A stretch of 64,000 bases of DNA from a virus: the IMG/VR virus record IMGVR_UViG_3300018080_000165, positions 12,078-76,077 of that record, one strand, 5' to 3'. This document shows positions 25,402 through 34,992 of this stretch, piece after piece. The notes under the pieces were generated by a model, which was not told the DNA's origin, ran no database searches, and saw only the letters and a program-made list of their open reading frames with translations. The translations under genes were made by a program, and so were the position numbers. Position 1 is the first letter of the stretch, and each line of letters opens with the position of its first letter.

Positions 25402-26676
25402 TCACTCCATGATTTTGCGCATCTTGAACATCTTCCCTTTCTTCCCGCCCCGTGCTGCCCCTATTTCGCCAAGGTCAACAGGCTTCATGTTCATGTTGAT
25501 GTGAACTTCCCCGTACTGCGTGTTCCTTCCCTTGATGATCTTGAGCACTCTAAACGGCCTATCTCTTCCTTCAGGCGCGATTAGTTCCAACACGATGTCC
25601 GATTCCTGTCCCACGGTATCGGACCAAGAAAGCGTTGCCACGCCGCCGCCTTTCTTCTTCCCTTCGGCTTGACGGTTCAACTGAACGGTTTGTAGGAAGA
25701 GAACTTTCCTAGCTTTCGCAATGCGCTTCGCTGTTCGAACGACCTTTATCAAGCGTTGGACTTCATCCCGAACGCCCGTGACTTCGTAGTGATAGATTCC
25801 GTCCACGAGAACAACATCGGGACCAAAGTTGTCGATCTCCCGCACAAGGCTGTCCAATCCTTGCGCCTCTATACTTTCTTCCCCGACGATCTGAATGACA
25901 CCGCTGCACTTCTTCCTTGCCCGCAAACGCTTCTTGTATCGCTTTCTCTGGACGGGCTTCAAGGAACCACTCAGGAAATCCGTCCAGTTTAGTCTCGCGT
26001 CTATCGCGTCCAAACGATCCTCAAACTCTTGTTCGGACATTTCCTTTGTGATAATCAGCACCTTCGCCCCGCTCCAAAAGTAATGCAGCGCGAACTTCAA
26101 CAAGAGCCAACTCTTTCCGATGCCGAGACGTGCCGCTATCGTGATAAGATTTTCAGGTCGAAGAGATATGATGTACTTGTTCAATTTCGGATACGGTGTA
26201 TCAAAAACATCTCCGCTCATAAGCTGCTTCCTTCGTCGCACCACGGCGTTCTTGTAGCGCAACGTTCCTTTTTTCTTCCAATCGAGCGCCTTTGACGACG
26301 TGTGCAATGCCGTTGTTTCCAACCCTATCCGCAATTCGGAAATCGCTTTCGATACATCGCCTTGATCGATCAAAGGCGATATGTTTTTGCTGAGTTCCTT
26401 CAAGCGAATCAGGTTCTCACGCTCGACTAGTTGATCGCAGTAATACTCCATCCCTTCCTTCGTAGTGACAATCTTGAAGTCCTTGAACTTCCGCTTGAAC
26501 GCGGCCTTGCTAGGCGGCTTGCCGTACTTCTCTTCGAAGTCTTGCAGAAAATTGAAATGCGCCGTGTACGTGTGGAACATGTCGCTCACGAATCCATACG
26601 CAGCAAACTTCGCTCTCGTTGCCTTGTTTCCGCGAAGCCAACGCGAGAGCACAAGGCGTTCAATGTTGACAGCCAC
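25402..26676 (-). CDS. DnaB-like replicative helicase
   Basis: AARLGIGKS, EM, LVDG, QLNR, SD..GQESD; GTG start after AGGAGG. Confidence 0.9.
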   Translation of the reverse strand: MAVNIERLVLSRWLRGNKATRAKFAAYGFVSDMFHTYTAHFNFLQDFEEKYGKPPSKAAFKRKFKDFKIVTTKEGMEYYCDQLVERENLIRLKELSKNISPLIDQGDVSKAISELRIGLETTALHTSSKALDWKKKGTLRYKNAVVRRRKQLMSGDVFDTPYPKLNKYIISLRPENLITIAARLGIGKSWLLLKFALHYFWSGAKVLIITKEMSEQEFEDRLDAIDARLNWTDFLSGSLKPVQRKRYKKRLRARKKCSGVIQIVGEESIEAQGLDSLVREIDNFGPDVVLVDGIYHYEVTGVRDEVQRLIKVVRTAKRIAKARKVLFLQTVQLNRQAEGKKKGGGVATLSWSDTVGQESDIVLELIAPEGRDRPFRVLKIIKGRNTQYGEVHINMNMKPVDLGEIGAARGGKKGKMFKMRKIME

Positions 26677-26687
26677 GCGGTTTCCTC

Positions 26688-27362
26688 CTATCCCAACGGC
26701 AGCTTCCACCGGATTGTCGTTTTCTTGTGCTTGAAGTTCACGATCACTTTCCTCATCGCCTTCCAGAAGGCTTCCCACTCGTCTTCTCTTCCGCGATTGT
26801 ACATGATGGCGGCAGGATGAAGGGACTTCACAAAGCTAACGCCGCCGATCTTCAGATTCGCGGGAATGTGAGTCAGCGCAAAAACGCTTTCTGTCGCGCT
26901 GTTCCCTAGAAGAATCACGAGTCGAGGACGCGCGGCCCTCAGGATGCTTTGAAGCCGTGGCCTGCAATTCTCCAACTCTTTCGACGTGGGTCGTCTGTTC
27001 TTCACTCGGTTGAAGTCGTTGCACGGGCGGCATCCGAGCGCATTAGTTATAAAGCAGTTCGAGTTCTTTCCCTTGTACCGGAGTTTGGCTCTTCGCATCG
27101 CGTTGTCGAGATTTTCTCCACACTCCCCGACAAACGGGACGCCTTCCTCGTCTTCCACTCTCCCCGGCGCTTCGCCAACCAAGACGATGCCGCTATCCAG
27201 TTTTCCTTTCCCCCAAACCATGTTGGTCCGGTAAGCGGAAAACTCGCATTTCATACAACGACGCCACTTGTTTTGAACATCACACAACTTCTCAAAAGAT
27301 GATTTCTTCTCGTATTGAATTGAAGACAGACAGCCAATCCCCTTCAGGGTACTCGTAGACAT
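26688..27362 (-). CDS. Uracil-DNA glycosylase family 4
   Basis: CxxC, GEAPG..ED..G.PFVG, TN...CRP, HPAA. Confidence 0.9.
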   Translation of the reverse strand: MSTSTLKGIGCLSSIQYEKKSSFEKLCDVQNKWRRCMKCEFSAYRTNMVWGKGKLDSGIVLVGEAPGRVEDEEGVPFVGECGENLDNAMRRAKLRYKGKNSNCFITNALGCRPCNDFNRVKNRRPTSKELENCRPRLQSILRAARPRLVILLGNSATESVFALTHIPANLKIGGVSFVKSLHPAAIMYNRGREDEWEAFWKAMRKVIVNFKHKKTTIRWKLPLG

Positions 27363-27720
27363 CGTTGTATTCCCCTTTCCACAGTCGTTGCGGGATGTTG
27401 CTGTGAATGGTGTGAGGAAAGAACCTGTCCCTGAACATTTCGAACTCGGCTTTACAAGACGTTCGAATCAGGTAGTTGTAACAAGCGGGTTCAATCACTT
27501 TCTCCGCGAGCTGAAGCCGCCAGATTTCATAGTCACAAAGCAAACAAACCACGGCGACCTTTTTCAACTGAATCGCCATGTACTCCGCGTCTATGTTCGC
27601 CATGTCCAACGGACGTGCAAACGGTTTCATCACTTTCCATTTCGGCGGCGGCTTCAGCAACAAGACATCTACGTCGAGCGCGAAAAGCGGTAGAGACTCA
27701 TTCGTCAGTGCCATCGTCAT
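27292..27720 (-). CDS. Hypothetical protein (weak HAD-like N-terminus)
   Basis: FALDVDVLL. Confidence 0.5.
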   Translation of the reverse strand: MTMALTNESLPLFALDVDVLLLKPPPKWKVMKPFARPLDMANIDAEYMAIQLKKVAVVCLLCDYEIWRLQLAEKVIEPACYNYLIRTSCKAEFEMFRDRFFPHTIHSNIPQRLWKGEYNDVYEYPEGDWLSVFNSIREEIIF

Positions 27721-28309
27721 CCCTCACTCGTTTCCGTTTCCACTTTGCCACTCGAATGCAATCAAGCGGCATGAAATTTTCTTCTAACAATCCCATTACA
27801 CTGTCTCCAAAAGTCTTTTCAATTTCAATATCGGTCATTCGCGTTGTTACGACTGTTGGAAGAACTTGCTTATCCCTGAATTTCAGCACGTCATAAAACG
27901 CTGCAACCATTCCATCGTTGATAGCATACTTATCCGCTTGATGCTCTAGCTTCAATCCATCAATAATGAGAAAATCTATTCCTAGGATTTCATCAAACGC
28001 TGTTTCATCGAAGTTGCCTGTGTCGAATTTCAAAGCTGTGAGTTCTGAAAGCGAAAGAAGCTGGACTTTGAATCCATAAGCCAAAGCAGACATGCCGATC
28101 AAGTTTGCAAGCAAGCTCTTTCCGCTTTGATCCGCTCCTTGAATCAAAAGTCCTTCGCCCTTTGAAGCCTTGGACTTCATGTACTTCATGTAGCTTCGAA
28201 CAACCTTCCGTTCTTTTGAATTCCCGAGGAAGTTCTTCAACGACTTCCCAAGGAACTTTTTGCTGAAGCCGATTTGAAGCAACTGCGTTTCGGTCATTTC
28301 AACTTCCAT
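27698..28309 (-). CDS. DnaC/IstB-like helicase loader ATPase
   Basis: GADQSGKS Walker A, FLIIDG, PTVVTT. Confidence 0.8.
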   Translation of the reverse strand: MEVEMTETQLLQIGFSKKFLGKSLKNFLGNSKERKVVRSYMKYMKSKASKGEGLLIQGADQSGKSLLANLIGMSALAYGFKVQLLSLSELTALKFDTGNFDETAFDEILGIDFLIIDGLKLEHQADKYAINDGMVAAFYDVLKFRDKQVLPTVVTTRMTDIEIEKTFGDSVMGLLEENFMPLDCIRVAKWKRKRVRDDDGTDE

Positions 28310-28387
28310 GTTGAATCCTCCCAAGAACGCGCGCACGCGCATAAAAGAAGACTTCAATGACATCCTCTGTTACGATAGTAACATAGG

Positions 28388-28430
28388 TGTCTCTATATAT
28401 CACGAGCGAAGCGAGTGATATATAGAGACA
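28388..28430. repeat. Perfect 16-bp inverted repeat in AT-rich gap (candidate origin)
   Basis: TGTCTCTATATATCAC-GAGCGAAGCGA-GTGATATATAGAGACA. Confidence 0.8.
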
Positions 28431-28477
28431 TATTATAATAATTATATTGCGTATGCAGTGTACTAGTACAAGAAGGT

Positions 28478-29089
28478 CTACAGGCGAAGACAGATGTTGC
28501 TGCGCATTTTGAAAAATGTTTCGGCGTCGTATTCCTGTTTCATTCGAACGAAGTTGTCGGCAAAGAACTCCAACATCAATTTTGTTTTCTTCCCCCCGAA
28601 CTCCGTAAGCACTTTTCGAAGCAACGACAAGTGCCTTGTGTTGTCCGATTTCTTGCGCTTGCATTTCTGATCCTTTCGCCTACCTAGAAGATCGAAGTAG
28701 TGCATCGCGTCCCTTGGTTGCCAATCTCGTGGATTTGAAGTCAAAGACTCCACGACATCGGGATTCTTCGATTCGACAGCCGCAAAGCGCCAAATCCAAG
28801 GCTTGACTTGTGTCTCTCGCTTCAATCCATTCAACCTCAACAACTTCTTCAGCCGCAACTTGTAGACGACCCGGTTTCCTTCCCCGGCGGATTTCCTCAG
28901 CACGCCCATTTCGACCAACTCGCTCAAATGCTTTTGTATCGTTGATCGAGATGTGTTCCTTATCCGCTTTAGCTCATTCAACGAAGGCAGTTTTCCTCTG
29001 TCGAAGTGCAAAAGCATTTCCGTCAGCGTAACTTTGGCTCCGTCGCTCAGGCCGGGACACCTACACACCAAGGCGATGTAGGTTTCCAC
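28478..29089 (-). CDS. wHTH replication initiator-like protein
   Basis: LSDGAK...PSLNELKRIRNTSRSTIQKHLSELVEMG; upstream of loader. Confidence 0.7.
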   Translation of the reverse strand: METYIALVCRCPGLSDGAKVTLTEMLLHFDRGKLPSLNELKRIRNTSRSTIQKHLSELVEMGVLRKSAGEGNRVVYKLRLKKLLRLNGLKRETQVKPWIWRFAAVESKNPDVVESLTSNPRDWQPRDAMHYFDLLGRRKDQKCKRKKSDNTRHLSLLRKVLTEFGGKKTKLMLEFFADNFVRMKQEYDAETFFKMRSNICLRL

Positions 29090-29104
29090 GATCCTTCTCC
29101 AAAG

Positions 29105-29362
29105 TTATCTCATTTGCCTCGCAAGTGCACGCAACGCTTTCTTCATGTCAGGCACTTCGACTTCAAGAACCTCGTCAACAGTTCTCTTCAGCTTCGCGAC
29201 GGTCTGTTTGACGGATTCTCCTTTCGACGTGTCAATGGCGGCTTTCATTCCTGCCGTTGTTCCCATCGACTGGTATTCATGGCTCAACTTCACATCTTGC
29301 GAGAAAAACACTTCAACGATCTTTCCCGCCTTTTTCTTCGTCAGTTTCTTCTTTACTGTCAT
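29105..29362 (-). CDS. Hypothetical protein
   Basis: ORF track. Confidence 0.65.
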   Translation of the reverse strand: MTVKKKLTKKKAGKIVEVFFSQDVKLSHEYQSMGTTAGMKAAIDTSKGESVKQTVAKLKRTVDEVLEVEVPDMKKALRALARQMR

Positions 29363-29682
29363 GCCCTAATCTCCTTCTCCAGACGTTTCTTGAGCGCCTG
29401 TATTTCTGCAAAGACACGCTCTGTAAACTTGGTTTCGCCGAAGCCTTTGCCGGGTTTGACTTGTTCCTCTTCGGCTATGCGCTCGTAGATTTCAATTTCT
29501 CCTTCCGTGTACCAGCGCCAGCCGTCTTTCGTTTTGAGAATCGGTTTGGGAATAACTTTCTTCCATTCCCATCTCCGAATCGTTTGCGGCCCGCGATGCA
29601 ACTTCATCCCCAAGTATCTAGGAGAGAATACAGCAACTTCCGCATCTCCAATGAAGACTTTCTTTGTCAATGCTTGTGCCAC
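29359..29682 (-). CDS. MerR-like HTH DNA-binding protein
   Basis: RGPQTIRRWEWKKVIP...DGWRWYT; GTG start after AGGAGG. Confidence 0.7.
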   Translation of the reverse strand: MAQALTKKVFIGDAEVAVFSPRYLGMKLHRGPQTIRRWEWKKVIPKPILKTKDGWRWYTEGEIEIYERIAEEEQVKPGKGFGETKFTERVFAEIQALKKRLEKEIRA

Positions 29683-29686
29683 TGGT

Positions 29687-30265
29687 CTACCTCCTACGTT
29701 CCGTGTACGACTTGAATGCCCGTATCTCTTTGACGATCCTACGACGCCAGTAGTCGTTTTCGTAGGCTTCTTCCAGGTCCACTTTTCTATAGTCGGAAAA
29801 GAAGAAAAAAGGATAGGGATAGGCTGCTTCTTTATGGCCGGTTCCATACAACAATTCCGGGATTCCCCCGTCGTTGAAGAAGGCTTTATACACGTCATTT
29901 CCGCAAACAATTACCAGTTTGGCTTTCGTTAAAAAGAGGCTGGTAAATTCGAAACAATTCCTGGCGCATGTCACGGTCATTTTTGAGATGCAGAACGTGA
30001 CCGGGACTTGTAAACCTTCATGCCTAGCATCGAACCCACCGACATCCAAAAGCGTATCGAGAAACCAATGGGCTTTGGATGAAAACATGATGTTGGCTTC
30101 GCACATATCGGGAATAGTTGGTGCGGGCATGAGCATGACAGTATCCGCGTCCAAGTAACCCTTTGGACTTGTCAGTCGCGGAGTTCCGTGAAACTTCTTT
30201 CCGCACAAAGTACATGCCAACACTTTCTTCTTGAACTTCTTCAGGTTGATCTTACGTCTCGGCAT
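29687..30265 (-). CDS. Degenerate UDG-superfamily protein
   Basis: ACTLC N-terminus, MPAP in place of GEAPG, KLVIVCGN; no HP motif. Confidence 0.55.
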   Translation of the reverse strand: MPRRKINLKKFKKKVLACTLCGKKFHGTPRLTSPKGYLDADTVMLMPAPTIPDMCEANIMFSSKAHWFLDTLLDVGGFDARHEGLQVPVTFCISKMTVTCARNCFEFTSLFLTKAKLVIVCGNDVYKAFFNDGGIPELLYGTGHKEAAYPYPFFFFSDYRKVDLEEAYENDYWRRRIVKEIRAFKSYTERRR

Positions 30266-30710
30266 CGTTTTTCTCCACAAGAAAGGCTTCGCTCATTTTC
30301 GTGTCGTACATCTTGGCGATGTCGTCTTCGGTCAAATCGCCGTCCGCGAACAGCCCTTCAACCTTCTCTTCTTCGATGATGGTTATCCGTGTCTGCGCCT
30401 TTTCGAGAACGCCACGATGCTTGAGCACTCTTTCCGCTTTGTCTGGATTGAACGCTCCTCTTTCCCGCGTTTCGATTGACATTTTCACGGAGCCGGATCG
30501 GACGACAAGATGATTTTCGTCTTCCTGTTCGCCCAATTCTTTGATAACAGGCATGAATGTGTTTTTGATTGCTTCTTCGCGTTTTTTGTTGTCCTTGTCC
30601 GCTTGCTTGAGTCCCATATACTCAAGCCCTTCTACTTCAGCTTTGTAGAGAGCCACGTTCTTGTCCTCTTCCGTCACAAGGCTTAACGGTTTCGCTTTTG
30701 CCTTTGCCAT
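30252..30710 (-). CDS. Hypothetical protein (Gam/gp157-like helical)
   Basis: AGGAG RBS; charged helical. Confidence 0.6.
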   Translation of the reverse strand: MAKAKAKPLSLVTEEDKNVALYKAEVEGLEYMGLKQADKDNKKREEAIKNTFMPVIKELGEQEDENHLVVRSGSVKMSIETRERGAFNPDKAERVLKHRGVLEKAQTRITIIEEEKVEGLFADGDLTEDDIAKMYDTKMSEAFLVEKNDAET

Positions 30711-30724
30711 TCGCCTCTCCTTTC

Positions 30725-32272
30725 TCATGCGATGTACATATCCCGGTATCGAGGAATGTTCAACTTGTCTCGATACAACGGAACTGCACGCTTGATGAAA
30801 TGCCGACGACACATCGGAATCTCCCAATCGACACAATGGATTATCTTCGCATCCTTCTTCTTTTCCGCTTTCCGCCTGATCCTGCCCACAACTTGCTCCA
30901 AGTCTTGCTCTCCCCCAACCGTAGTTGTGATGAAAAGCCGATTCAGCGGGGGAATTGAAGCGCCCGACTTGATTAGCTGCATCGTCGCGACAACACAGCG
31001 GAGTTTCCTTTCCCGAAGCATGTTTTCGTACTTCTCGACTTTCTTTCGACTGCCGCCGAGCATGATTGCGACGCCTTTCTTGTAGACTCTTTTAATGGCT
31101 TTGCGTAGAGCCTTGGCGTGTGCCACTCGGTGTGTGACCACAAGAACGGAATTGCTCTTGTCCGCTTTCAATTCCTCGTACACTCTCTGTGCGATGATCT
31201 CCGTTCTCTCCTCGCTCTCGGTGACAACATCCAGGACAACTTTGTAGTCGCGTTCGCCGTCAGGAGGAACCCTGATCTTCTTCTTCACGAATCGTCCATC
31301 GATCTTTGCTTTCACGATGCGGGTTATCTTTTTCGGCAGCCGTGTTTCCAACTTCAACAATTCAGCATCGGCGATAGGCAACGAGTTCTCGGTTTCTTTT
31401 CCAAACGTTCCTTCCATGCTATAGAATGCTGTACCGAATACTCGGTACATGACTTTGTGCATCCCGTCTTTCCTCTTAGGTGTTCCGGTGATTCCGATCC
31501 GATACGCGGCAGGACTTTGGTTGACGCATTCGAGGAAAGTTCTCGCGGGACAGACATGGCACTCATCGAACACAACACATCCGAAGTTCTTTTCCCATGT
31601 CTTCCAATGCTCTTGGCGTTTGAACCACGTCTGCGCCATGGCGACGGTGAAATGCGGGCCTAACGTAGCTTTCGGTCCTCGAATGATCCCGATCTTTTCT
31701 TTGTACTCTTCGCCGAACGCCTTCATAAGATCGTGAATCCATGCGTTCATCACTACGCTCGTGTGAGTGAAGATGAGCGTCTTCTGTTCCAGTTGCATGG
31801 CCATGAGGATCACGCCGATAGTTTTTCCTGCAGCAACCTCCATCACATTGAGGTAAGTGCCCAACGGACGTTGCCTGTCTTCGGCCAGGATGTCTTTTCG
31901 GAATTGATCGAGAGAGACTTGTTGTTCCTTACGAGGAGAAACTTGAAGATCGGGATACGGTTCTTCGATGTCACAGAAGATTCTCTTGTCTATGACTTCT
32001 GCTCGGCCTAAAGCATCGTATGCGTCCTTACCTATAACGCCGCTTTCGAAGACGTATCCACGTGGAACGTAGATCGTCTTACCCTTCTCATCATACATCT
32101 CTATGTACTTCTCGACGTTCTTAATAAAGGCCGGATTTATGCCGGAATACTTCACAGCTTTCTGGAAAACAGGGTTGGGTATGGTCAAATGGTCCTTGAT
32201 TCCTTCTCTTACCGATCTTCTGAATCCTGAGACACCAACTCTCCTTCCTACGACAAAGCGTAGACTTCCCAT
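30725..32272 (-). CDS. SF2 DExH helicase
   Basis: AAGKT, DECH, TGTPKRKDG, QVVGRIRR. Confidence 0.88.
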   Translation of the reverse strand: MGSLRFVVGRRVGVSGFRRSVREGIKDHLTIPNPVFQKAVKYSGINPAFIKNVEKYIEMYDEKGKTIYVPRGYVFESGVIGKDAYDALGRAEVIDKRIFCDIEEPYPDLQVSPRKEQQVSLDQFRKDILAEDRQRPLGTYLNVMEVAAGKTIGVILMAMQLEQKTLIFTHTSVVMNAWIHDLMKAFGEEYKEKIGIIRGPKATLGPHFTVAMAQTWFKRQEHWKTWEKNFGCVVFDECHVCPARTFLECVNQSPAAYRIGITGTPKRKDGMHKVMYRVFGTAFYSMEGTFGKETENSLPIADAELLKLETRLPKKITRIVKAKIDGRFVKKKIRVPPDGERDYKVVLDVVTESEERTEIIAQRVYEELKADKSNSVLVVTHRVAHAKALRKAIKRVYKKGVAIMLGGSRKKVEKYENMLRERKLRCVVATMQLIKSGASIPPLNRLFITTTVGGEQDLEQVVGRIRRKAEKKKDAKIIHCVDWEIPMCRRHFIKRAVPLYRDKLNIPRYRDMYIA

Positions 32273-32366
32273 GAGAGGATTTCCCTTCTCTTGAAGCACT
32301 CCTACGCCCAAACGGCCCGGAAAATCGCAAGCTGTGAAAGCTGTGCGAGCTAACTGTTTTGGGGAA

Positions 32367-32395
32367 AGGCTAGGGGGTTCCACACGTTGTGTCAA
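32367..32395 (-). promoter_or_regulatory. Promoter of replication module
   Basis: TTGACA-N17-TAGCCT. Confidence 0.6.
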
Positions 32396-32398
32396 GAG

Positions 32399-32428
32399 AA
32401 AAATAACTCCTTGTGGAGCAAGGAGTTA
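32399..32428 (-). terminator. Terminator ending structural operon
   Basis: TAACTCCTTG-loop-CAAGGAGTTA then T tract. Confidence 0.75.
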
Positions 32429-32460
32429 AGGGGACAATCCAGGGGAAGCGCGAGCGTGGA

Positions 32461-33480
32461 TCAGACAGGATCGTACTTGAAGCCAAGACGGAGCGGAAGG
32501 GCCGCGATGTTGATAGCGCCCTTCGGAACGTTCCTCTTCAGCCACACGGAAAGAACCTCTCCTGCCGCAAGAGTGAAGGCTGTCTGGTAGTGCGGCGGAT
32601 CGGACGTGGGGGGCGCAAAGAAGTTGATCCCTGAAGGAGCCACACTGTCTTGAACGATGACCGGCTCCCCTGTGGTTGAATTATACATTCCAATCGACAT
32701 GTCAATTGGCGAAACAAGTTCGATGGTATCGCCTTCGTTTCCTTCGGCTGGAGAAGACATCCGCTGTCCTCTTGCAGCGGCAGAAACAACAAGTGTTCGC
32801 CCGTCCGTCCCTCCACGGCTGTTGTAGTACATGATTTCCTGTGTGCGTGTATTGCGGATGTAGTAGCTCGAAGGAAAGTTCCTGGCGTCGTCGATCTCGA
32901 TCTGCACATCTCCGCTCTGAGGATAGTATCCTTGACAACGAACTCTTGTTGGAAGACCGGGAACTTCGATGACAGGAACAACATTCTTGTAGCTCACAGC
33001 CCCCGTGTTCTTCAGGAAAAGACATGCGTAGTTCGGAGTGCCCTTCATCGCTTCATCCAAAGAAACGTCGTCAAAGAGAACGTTCTTGACAGCATCGATG
33101 ACGGCGTTTTCTTCCGTGTCTGCGATAGGAAGATCGACAGCCACGACACTGACTTCGATCCAAGCGTTTTCCGTGCTGCTTTCGAGTTCGAAAGTCCCCC
33201 CGGCACCCACGGCCACGGATGTTCCGGCTGTCTTGTCTCTCGGTGCCTGCCAAGCAAGCGTCTGTCCTGAGTTCTTGAAGACAAACTTTCCCACGCCACT
33301 GAGGTTCTTTCCGCCTATCTTCGTGATAGTGACGGCACTCAGGACGAGCATAGGACGCGCGATGAGGCTGGAAACAAGATCGGCACTTATCCTGCCGCCC
33401 AAACCATCGTGTCCGGCTTCGTCATCCGCCGCAGCGGCGGACTTGCTGTGGAAAAGTTCAATGTCTGAATTGTGCGCCAT
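32461..33480 (-). CDS. Putative virion/tail protein
   Basis: Beta-rich 339 aa at end of tail operon. Confidence 0.65.
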   Translation of the reverse strand: MAHNSDIELFHSKSAAAADDEAGHDGLGGRISADLVSSLIARPMLVLSAVTITKIGGKNLSGVGKFVFKNSGQTLAWQAPRDKTAGTSVAVGAGGTFELESSTENAWIEVSVVAVDLPIADTEENAVIDAVKNVLFDDVSLDEAMKGTPNYACLFLKNTGAVSYKNVVPVIEVPGLPTRVRCQGYYPQSGDVQIEIDDARNFPSSYYIRNTRTQEIMYYNSRGGTDGRTLVVSAAARGQRMSSPAEGNEGDTIELVSPIDMSIGMYNSTTGEPVIVQDSVAPSGINFFAPPTSDPPHYQTAFTLAAGEVLSVWLKRNVPKGAINIAALPLRLGFKYDPV

Positions 33481-33483
33481 CGT

Positions 33484-33783
33484 TTAACCTCCCTGGAACA
33501 CTTTGTTCACACGACTCTGATTGTCTTGAGTCGCGACAGCCGCATTCCTGAAGAAGTTCTCGAATTCATCGAGAACCTCCATGAACTCTTGATACTTTTC
33601 TTTCGTGATCTCGGGAGACACATCGGGAACAGGCGTTGTGGGCGTAGCAAGCGCGGCGACTTCAGCCTGTACGCCTGTTGAAACATAGGCTTCCCGAACG
33701 TCGCTCACCAAGTTATTCGCCGAGCGAAGATACTTCGCTACTGACTTCGCTCTTGTCAGCACGTTTTGTGCTTCCACGCTCAT
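33484..33783 (-). CDS. Hypothetical protein
   Basis: GGAGG RBS. Confidence 0.7.
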   Translation of the reverse strand: MSVEAQNVLTRAKSVAKYLRSANNLVSDVREAYVSTGVQAEVAALATPTTPVPDVSPEITKEKYQEFMEVLDEFENFFRNAAVATQDNQSRVNKVFQGG

Positions 33784-34111
33784 CAGTTTCTACCTCCTCT
33801 TCCCTCGTTACTTTGATCCCTGAACGTTCCAAAGCGGCAATCATCTTAGCCGCTTCTTCAGGACTGTCAAACTCAATTTCTTCCGCTCTTTCCCCTCGCT
33901 TCTCTCCCTTGGAATCCCTCAAGGCTTTGATGAAGGGTTCCAGGTCTTTCTCGGCCACATTCGACGCCAGCCGAAACACTTTCGCTTTCTCGTCATACGC
34001 CAAAAAGACGAACTGCCGCACCCCGCTCGCCATCAATTTCAACTCGTCCGACATGTTTGCTTTCATGTAGAACGCATAGCGAGCCTTGTTTGGATCAACC
34101 ATGTCCGCCAC
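33713..34111 (-). CDS. Hypothetical protein
   Basis: ORF track. Confidence 0.65.
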   Translation of the reverse strand: MADMVDPNKARYAFYMKANMSDELKLMASGVRQFVFLAYDEKAKVFRLASNVAEKDLEPFIKALRDSKGEKRGERAEEIEFDSPEEAAKMIAALERSGIKVTREEEVETDERGSTKRADKSEVSSEVSSLGE

Positions 34112-34553
34112 AGCATCCGCTCCTTACGTTCGTGTTGATGGCAATGGACGGGGGTTTCTTGCCCGCGTCCCGGTACATGACAGTCAAGTTCATGTGCGCC
34201 TTGGCGATCTCGTCTTCTATGCTTTTTCCTTTCAAGTCAATGGTGATCGTGTGATCCCTGTTGTTCCCGAAACAGAACTTCGCAAACCAACCTTCCGTTT
34301 GGATGAGAACAAGATTGTACATTGCCGCCGTTTCCTGAATCCTTTGCGGCAACGGCGGTTCTTTGTAGATGTGCTGCTTGAACGCCTCTCTCACAACGTC
34401 CAAGTTCTCAAGAACGAGATAAACGCTTCCATCTCCCTGCATGATGGCTGTCTTTGCAGGACAGTTCTTGAAGTTCACAGCATGAACGTTTATCACGCTC
34501 ACAGGAACTTCTATGGGCGTTTCATCCGGTGAAGTCATCGTGATCGTGTCCAT
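34095..34553 (-). CDS. Hypothetical protein ending SGCCGGHG
   Basis: ORF with GAGG RBS. Confidence 0.65.
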   Translation of the reverse strand: MDTITMTSPDETPIEVPVSVINVHAVNFKNCPAKTAIMQGDGSVYLVLENLDVVREAFKQHIYKEPPLPQRIQETAAMYNLVLIQTEGWFAKFCFGNNRDHTITIDLKGKSIEDEIAKAHMNLTVMYRDAGKKPPSIAINTNVRSGCCGGHG

Positions 34554-34563
34554 GGCAGTATCC

Positions 34564-34983
34564 TCACCACTTTCCCAACGGGCAGTGTTCGTTCTTCGCT
34601 TTCCACTTCACAGTCAAAAAACATCCGCATCCTTCTTCGGTTTCGTTTCTAGGTTCCGTGTCCAGGTACTTCGGTTGTCCGCACACGGGAGCGCCTTGCC
34701 AAGCCATCCTGAAGAGTCTCTTTCCTTCAGGATTCAATGCCGTACACGCTTCACAAATAGCCTGTCTTTCGTTAAACTCCTCTCTTTCGACCTTCGGACC
34801 GACCACAGCCTTAGAAAGCTGATACGCTGCCTTCACCATGTCTTTAGCTTTCTCGATGGCCGTATAGTCATGCCCTTCGGAAGCCATTTGATCGACAATC
34901 CTTTGATGCCGAGTCTCGGCGGTTTCTTCTTCTCGGGGAGCGTCTTCCGTTGCCCCGCTGTCACCCACATACTCTTCCGGCAT
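34564..34983 (-). CDS. Small Cys-rich protein
   Basis: RQAICEAC...CG...GCGCFL..K...CPLGKW. Confidence 0.7.
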   Translation of the reverse strand: MPEEYVGDSGATEDAPREEETAETRHQRIVDQMASEGHDYTAIEKAKDMVKAAYQLSKAVVGPKVEREEFNERQAICEACTALNPEGKRLFRMAWQGAPVCGQPKYLDTEPRNETEEGCGCFLTVKWKAKNEHCPLGKW

Positions 34984-34992
34984 CGTCTTCTC

